A stretch of 64,000 bases of DNA, from assembly GCF_009914755.1 (NCBI RefSeq), contig NC_060931.1; one strand, given 5' to 3'. Of the stretch, positions 23,546 through 64,000 are shown piece after piece. Position 1 is the stretch's first letter, and every line of letters begins with the position of its first letter. The position numbers and the translations under genes are program-made. This DNA is from the human T2T-CHM13v2.0 reference genome, Homo sapiens. Under the pieces are notes generated by a model. It was given only the letters and a program-made list of their open reading frames with translations, was not told the origin of the DNA and searched no databases.

Positions 23546-24435
23546 TTGGGGGTTTTGACCAATAGTTTTCAGCTATTAGTTGTTACTTTTGTACCACATT
23601 TATTGGTAAGACTGTCCATTTTCTTCAAACTTTTTTTACTCTTTTTTTTCAGATTCAGTAATTTCTATTGTTCTGTCTTTTTCTAATCTATGAATCAACC
23701 TAAAAGTACTATTTTAAAATTTCATTATCTTTCTATTTGGTTCTTTTTAATAATGTGCATTTCTTGCTGAGATTCCACATGTATTCATTCATTATGAGAA
23801 CGTTTTTTCTTCACCCCATGACTATAGTTTTAATGGCTGCTCTCAAATACTTGACTGCTGATAACAACATCTTGGACGTTTTGGGGATAGCTTCTAATGC
23901 CTGTGTTTCGTCTTGTGCATGAATTACATTTTGTGTTTCTTCTCATGTCTCTTAAATTTTAAAATTGTATTTTGAAAACTATAAATAATACTTACAAAGA
24001 CTCTGGATTCTGTTGTATTCCTTTGAAGATTGTTGTTATTTTTTGAAGAGGGAGTTAATTTGGCTGGATTCAAATTCAGATACCCTTCTCCCTTTCAGTG
24101 GGCACAGCTAAAATTCTCATTCAGTTCTTATCTGTACATATATCCTATGTATGATATATAGATGTGTGTTTCTATATAACAATATATGACATTGTATCCA
24201 GATTTTACCATTGTTATTTGTAAGAGTATTGTTCAACAAGCTACTCCACCATTACTGAAAGCCAAAACTTCAATTTTATATTCTTTTTGGATTTTACATA
24301 AATGGCATTATATAGTATGTATATTTTTACATCTACTTTCTTTTGTACATCACATTTGTAATATTCATCAGTGCTGCTGCAGATATTTAAACACTGAGAT
24401 TACAGGCATAAGCCAACATGTTCAGCCTATAATAT

Positions 24436-24700
24436 TTTAGGAGGCTAAGGTAGGAGGATCACTTGTGGCTGGGAATTTTAGACCAGTCTGGACAATATAG
24501 TGAGACCCTCTCTCTACAAAAAAATTAAAAATTAGCCAGGCATGGTGGCATGTGTCTGTCATTCCAGCTACTCAGATGGCTGATGCAGAAAAATCAATTA
24601 AGCCCATGAGTTCAAGGCTGCAGGAAGTGATGATTACAATCCTGCACTCCAGTCTGGGTAACAGAGCAAGACTGTCTCCTAAAAAATATATATATAAAAA
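24436..24700 (+). mobile_element. AluJ-like, preceded by a short inverted Alu 5' fragment (~24393-24428)
   Basis: ggaggatcacttg, agcccatgagttcaaggctgcag are AluJ features. Confidence 0.8.
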
Positions 24701-26475
24701 TTTAAAAGAATTTTATACATGATGTTAAATTACACATAAAACTAACTATTTTAACTATTTTAAAGGTTTCAGTTGACATGAATTAAGGACACTCATTAAT
24801 TTGCTACCATAATTTCCATGTATAAAAAGCATTTTCCATTTTTTGAAACTGAAACTGTACCCATTAAACAACAGCTCCTTGTTATTCTCCCTCTAGCCCC
24901 TGGGAAACACTCTCCTACTTCGTGTTTCTATGGATTTACTCTTAAGTACCACACATGAGAGGAATCATATAGTAAAGAAATCATGAGGAAGAATGATAAA
25001 AACGTATCACATGCTTATTAATTTTGAATAAAAACACCAACAGAGATCAGTAGTACATGGTGATTATAAATAAACAGATAAATGAGAAAAAGGAATTGGC
25101 AGTGTGCATTGTATTTATGACAATGGGGCCTCAAGTACCATAGTAGTGAGTCCTCTGCCCCAGTCACAGGGCTGTTCAGTGGTGGAGCTGGAAGCCCAGT
25201 GTAGCTGTCTGACACCCGGATCCCATGCCTAGCCCAAATGTCACTGAGCTCTAAGGTACTTTCCTCCTGCTGGTCCAGGCACTCAGTGTTCCCTAAGATT
25301 TATCATGGCATGTTCTCCATGGCCAGGAGGGTGGTGTTGCTGGACTACTGGGATAAGAGATCCAGCTGGCAGGCAGGTTGTAGCTACAGTACAGAGGCAG
25401 ATGTGAGGCTAGTAGAATCCACATCCCTGGCCTCCTTCCCAGTGCCTGCCCAGCTGGAGTGCTGGGTCCCAGGGGTCATCATGCAGCAGGGCCTGACACT
25501 GACCAGGGAGCCATGGCCACAGGCTCTTGGCAGCTGGCCCAAAACAAATATTCTCCATGCCCTCTGACAATCTGCTAGACCCTCACCTCTCAGTCTTACT
25601 GAGCCACTCCATTAACTGGAGGCAGACCCAAAATTGCCCCACAGGCTGAAGGTGATAATTGTCTGCAGACAGCTGAAGCAGCTGCATCTCCTGGAAGACT
25701 TTGATCTCCTGCAGCTAAAGGGAAGGACAAGTGGAAGATGTGGATAGGAGGTTCCAGGAGACAGGGATTATGAGATTTCAGGGGACAGGCCTTGAATGGA
25801 CACCCAAAAGTGAGTACTTATCCCCATTACCACCCGATGGCACAGGGTGTTGCCTCCATCCTGGGCACATTTTCCAGTTATCTGGTGATGGGAGACCCTG
25901 CCAGAAAGGATTTTGTGGATGGGAGTGAGCCTGGGATGGGCAGGGCTGGAACCAGGATCCTGAGGCTTGGGAGAAGAGAATCCAGGATTACATCCTTAGA
26001 TCTCAGCACTTGGCAAACCTCCTCTCATGAGAGCCTCACGGCTGCCTCTGTGAACTGAGGCTTCAGGCCTATGAATCTATGAATCTTCCCTATGAATGTT
26101 GAAGACTCCACATCAGCCGCCAGTCCCTGTTCTCTAAGTGGTGAAGCTGCAGAGCTGCCTGCTTGCAAAGCCCAGTGAGGTTTGGCCTGAGCTGGACTCA
26201 GCCTCTCCCTCAGGTGGTGCCAATGGAAGGAGAGTAAACTTCCTACTAACCGGACCTGGGTGAAAAATGTTGAAGGGAACTTGTGGGGAAGAGAGGTAAC
26301 AGGGGCTGGTTTCTGGGGCTTTTCTCTTAAGGGCCTCTTCCTGTTCTCTAATGCCAGGCAGCCCCAACCTATTTTCAGAGTTGGATACAGACAGCCCCTC
26401 CTCCAGGAACTGGTTTTTGATTTCAGTCCCCTACTCACACCCTCCATTGTGATGGGTCTCTTTATCTGTGTATCA

Positions 26476-26985
<510 letters not shown>

Positions 26986-29229
26986 TTATTCACATTTCCC
27001 TGGAAGTCAGACAGCCAGTGTTCATTAGAAAGGCCCCTTAGACCCTTAGACTAGGTCCCCTCCCCACTCCCTTCATACTGCATTACTGCCAGGGCCACCA
27101 GGGTCAGGGCATGTGCACAAAGCAGGAGTTGGGTCTGCAGCAGGTTCTGGGGTTCAAAGAACAGAACAATGGGAGCTGAGGCTCAGGGACCTCCCGCCCC
27201 AACTCTCTCTGATGACAGAAAAACTGGAGGCTCCCATTAAAAAAGTGCTCAGGCTTATATGAGCTGCCTGCCCTTAGAGAGGTCTAAGTTTACTCTCCTT
27301 CCATTGGAACCACCTGAGGGAGAGTCTGAGTCCAGCTCAGGCCAAACCTCACTGAGCTTTGCAAGCAGGCAGCTCTGCAGCTTCACCACTCTGGGAACAG
27401 GGACTGACGGCTGATGTGGAATCTTCAACATTCATAGGGAAGAGGGGCCTGATGCCTCAGCTCACAGAGGCAGCCGTGAGGCTCTCATGAGAGGAGGTTT
27501 GCCAAGTGCTGAGATCTAAGGGTGTAGTCCTGGATTCTCTTTTCCCAAGCCTCAGGATCCTGGTTCCAGCCCTGCCCATCCCAGGCTCACTCCCATCCAT
27601 ATAATCCTTTCTGGCAGGGTCTCCCATCACCAGATAACTGGAAAATGTGCCCAGGATGGAGGCAACACCCTGTGCCATTGGGTGGTGATGGGGATGAGTA
27701 TCCAATTTTGGGTGTCCATTCAAGGCCTGTCCCCTGAAGTCTCATAATCCCCTGTCTCCTGGACCCTCCTATCTACATCTTCCACTTGAAAAAGCCAAAG
27801 ACACTCAGCTGCCTCTCCCCAACTCTCTCCCCTCCTCCTAGCTGGCCTCCAAAAACATGAACCCCCATGTTCCCATGTTAACTCTGTGGTGAGATTTTTA
27901 CAAGTCACAATGTTATGTGGTCCCTGCCCCCACTATTTCCCAAATCCAGCTCTTCCAGGCTTTTACTCAGATTTGTCTTATAGAGGCATTTCAGGGACTG
28001 TTGCCACAGGAGGGAAGGGCTACGGGAGAAAGGCCCCTTGCTCTTTTGATGTGGAGGCCTCCGGCTGTGAGGGAGGAGCTCTTCCCTCTGACTCCCTGGA
28101 GCTCCTCCCCATCACAGGGACACTGCCTTTTTGCTGCTTTAGCCTCATCTGGCCTCTCTGTGGTTTCGTCTCCAGGGTGGCCAACGTGGATGTCTTCATC
28201 TGCCAGAGTCAAAGAAAAGGTCAGTGATACTATGCTCCCTTCACCCAGTTATGCCCAGTTACACTGACCTGGTATCCTGGATAACTGGTGTGAGTAAGCT
28301 GGTCCAATGCTCCTGTCATCTCCAGTAAGTTCTGATTCTAGATTGACTCCCTGCTCCAACACTCCCTGTATGTGGAACCTTGGGCATGCAGCCAGGCCTC
28401 CCTGAGACTGTTTTCTCAACTTGAAAGTGTGATGGGAACCACCTACCTCACTGGGCCTTGTGAGGACTCAGTTATATGTAGCTGTCACCATTGTTCTCAT
28501 CATCTCAGGAAGAGCGAGGCACAAGCACTCTCAAAGTTCTTTTCTCCTTTGAAGCTCATCATTAGCCCCTCTCAGTCTCATCATCCCTACATTTTTTGGA
28601 TAAGAAAACAGAGGCCCAAAGAGGGCAGTGACTTGCCCAGGGCCCTAGAGAAGAGGCTGGCTCCTCCCCACACCTGGAGGCACTGACCCAGCTGACTTTA
28701 CCCCGCAGCCCAGCACTATCCCTGACTAGGGTCCCATCTTCGTTCTCCATGCTTGTTTAGGTCCTCAGGCAGGCTCAGCTTTGGTGGGAAAGAAACAGGG
28801 TGTTTTGGGAGGTCTGGGTGAGTGGCACTAACCAATCTGCTAGGCCCTCACCTCTCAGTCTCACTGAGACACTCCATTAATTGGAAGCAGACCCAAAATT
28901 GCTTCACAGACTGAAGGTGATAATTGTCTGCAGCCAGCTGGTGCAGCTGCATCTCCTGGAGGACTTTGATCTCCTGCAACTAAAGGGAAAGACAGGATGC
29001 TGAGACAGGGCCTGCAGCATACACATAACTATAATTCAGAAATTGATATACACACAGGTAAATATAATCAGAAAGTGATATAATCTTATATACAACGTTA
29101 AATACAAATGTCCCTCAGGCAGGGCCAGGCCCCCAACACAAGGAGAAATCGCTGCCTGAACATGCTGCAGGCAAAAACCTGTCACTCTTTCCTCATTCAG
29201 CCCAGTGTCTCATTACATCTCCTGTCGAT

Positions 29230-29345
29230 CAGGGTCTAAATGTGTGGGGCGGAGAACCCCAGCCAATCAGTGGTGCTAGCGTGAAAACTGCCCAATCAGG
29301 TGCGCAGCTAGAGAGGAAGAGGCGGGCTCTTCAATATGGCAAGGC
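29230..29345 (+). promoter_or_regulatory. ZNF727 core promoter: GC box, tandem CCAAT boxes, YY1-like site
   Basis: GGGGCGG 29246-29252; CCAAT at 29263 and 29292 (29-bp spacing, both CCAATCAG); AATATGGC 29333-29340; CpG-rich sequence extends to ~29850. Confidence 0.75.
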
Positions 29346-29511
29346 CTTTGTCTCCTAGCTTCTAGGCTCTGAGTCCAGTACCCGTCTGTACTATTCCATC
29401 TCTTCCGCTCCATTAGCTCCTCGGTGACTCCACCATAGCCCCTGTTATCCTGTGACCTGCAGGTACTGGGAGATCCATAGGGAAGAAGGCGGAACATCCG
29501 GAGGCTGGGAA

Positions 29512-63155
<33,644 letters not shown>

Positions 63156-63289
63156 AAATGTGGAAAAGCCTTTAACAATTCGTCATATTGTGTTCAACAT
63201 CAGAGACTTACTACTGAACAAATGTAGTATAAAGGTAATGACTTGAAGAACATTTAATAACATCTTAGAGGGTCTCTAAGAACTTGCTT

Positions 63290-64000
63290 CATAACTGGGT
63301 GCTTTTGTGTTGGATGCATATATAGCCCTTTACTATTATGTAATGCCATTTTTTGTCTTTTTAAAAAAATCTGTTGATTTAAAGTCTGTTTTGTCAGAAA
63401 CTAGGATTGTAATCCTTGCTTTTTTACTGTTTTCTATTTGCTTGGTAGACTTTTCCCTTTATTTTGAGCTTATTTGAAATGGGTATCTCAATTACAGCAT
63501 ACCATTAGATCTTGGTTCTTTATTTGCCACTCTGTTTTTTAATTTGGGCATTTAACCCATGTACATTTAAGGTTTGTATTCATGTGTGTGGATTTGATTC
63601 TGTCATGATCATCTTAGCTGGCTATTTTGCACATTTGTTTATGTGGTGGCTTTATCATGTCAGTGGTTTGTGTACTTTAGTGTGTTTTTGTAGTGACTGT
63701 TTATAGTCTTTTTCTTATTTAGGGCTTTCTTCAGAAGATCTTTTAAGGCAGGTCTTGTGGTAACAGATTTCCTCAGCATTTGCTTATCTGAATACGATCA
63801 TATTTATTTTTTGCTTCTGAAGCTTACTTTGGCCGGATGTGAACTTCTGGATTAGAATTCTTTTTTAAAGAAAGTTGAATATTGGCCATTAATCTCTTTT
63901 GACTTGAGGGATCTCAGCTGCAAGGTTCATTGTTGTCTGAGCTTCTTTTTAGAGGTGACCTGGTCTTTCTCTCTAGCTGCCTTTAACATATTTTTTTCTC
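63290..64000 (-). mobile_element. L1 fragment (ORF1/ORF2 junction), continues past the window
   Basis: ttaaagtctgttttgtcagaaactaggattg, ttaaggcaggtcttgtggtaaca, ctttctctctagctgcctttaaca. Confidence 0.8.

Overview
Primate (almost certainly human) genomic DNA from a ZNF91-subfamily KRAB zinc-finger cluster. The main feature is a complete four-exon KRAB-C2H2 gene on the + strand. Its coding exons are ATG-only exon 1 (29512-29514), KRAB-A (52795-52921), KRAB-B (53418-53513) and the finger exon (61182-62455). The spliced CDS is 1500 nt = 499 aa starting [18 protein letters not shown], which I recognise as ZNF727 (7q11.21). The finger array is cut short by a 1-bp frameshift and about 9 further fossil fingers follow the frameshift, mostly in the 3'UTR. 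The window opens in the degenerate-finger 3' end of an upstream ZNF gene. Between the two genes lie a MaLR provirus, a ~7.3 kb complex beta-satellite block with an internal orientation switch, a MER11 solo LTR, and an orphan CpG island with repeated ZNF143/THAP11-type motifs split by an AluY. Just upstream of the ZNF727 promoter is a nested direct-repeat/inverted-repeat/hairpin rearrangement. The rest is Alu, L1, LTR and MIR sequence, and nearly all short ORFs in the track are repeat-derived noise. I see no evidence for a wholly new protein-coding system. The most interesting signals are structural and regulatory and are given as testable hypotheses. Repeat subfamily calls and many repeat boundaries are by eye and approximate.
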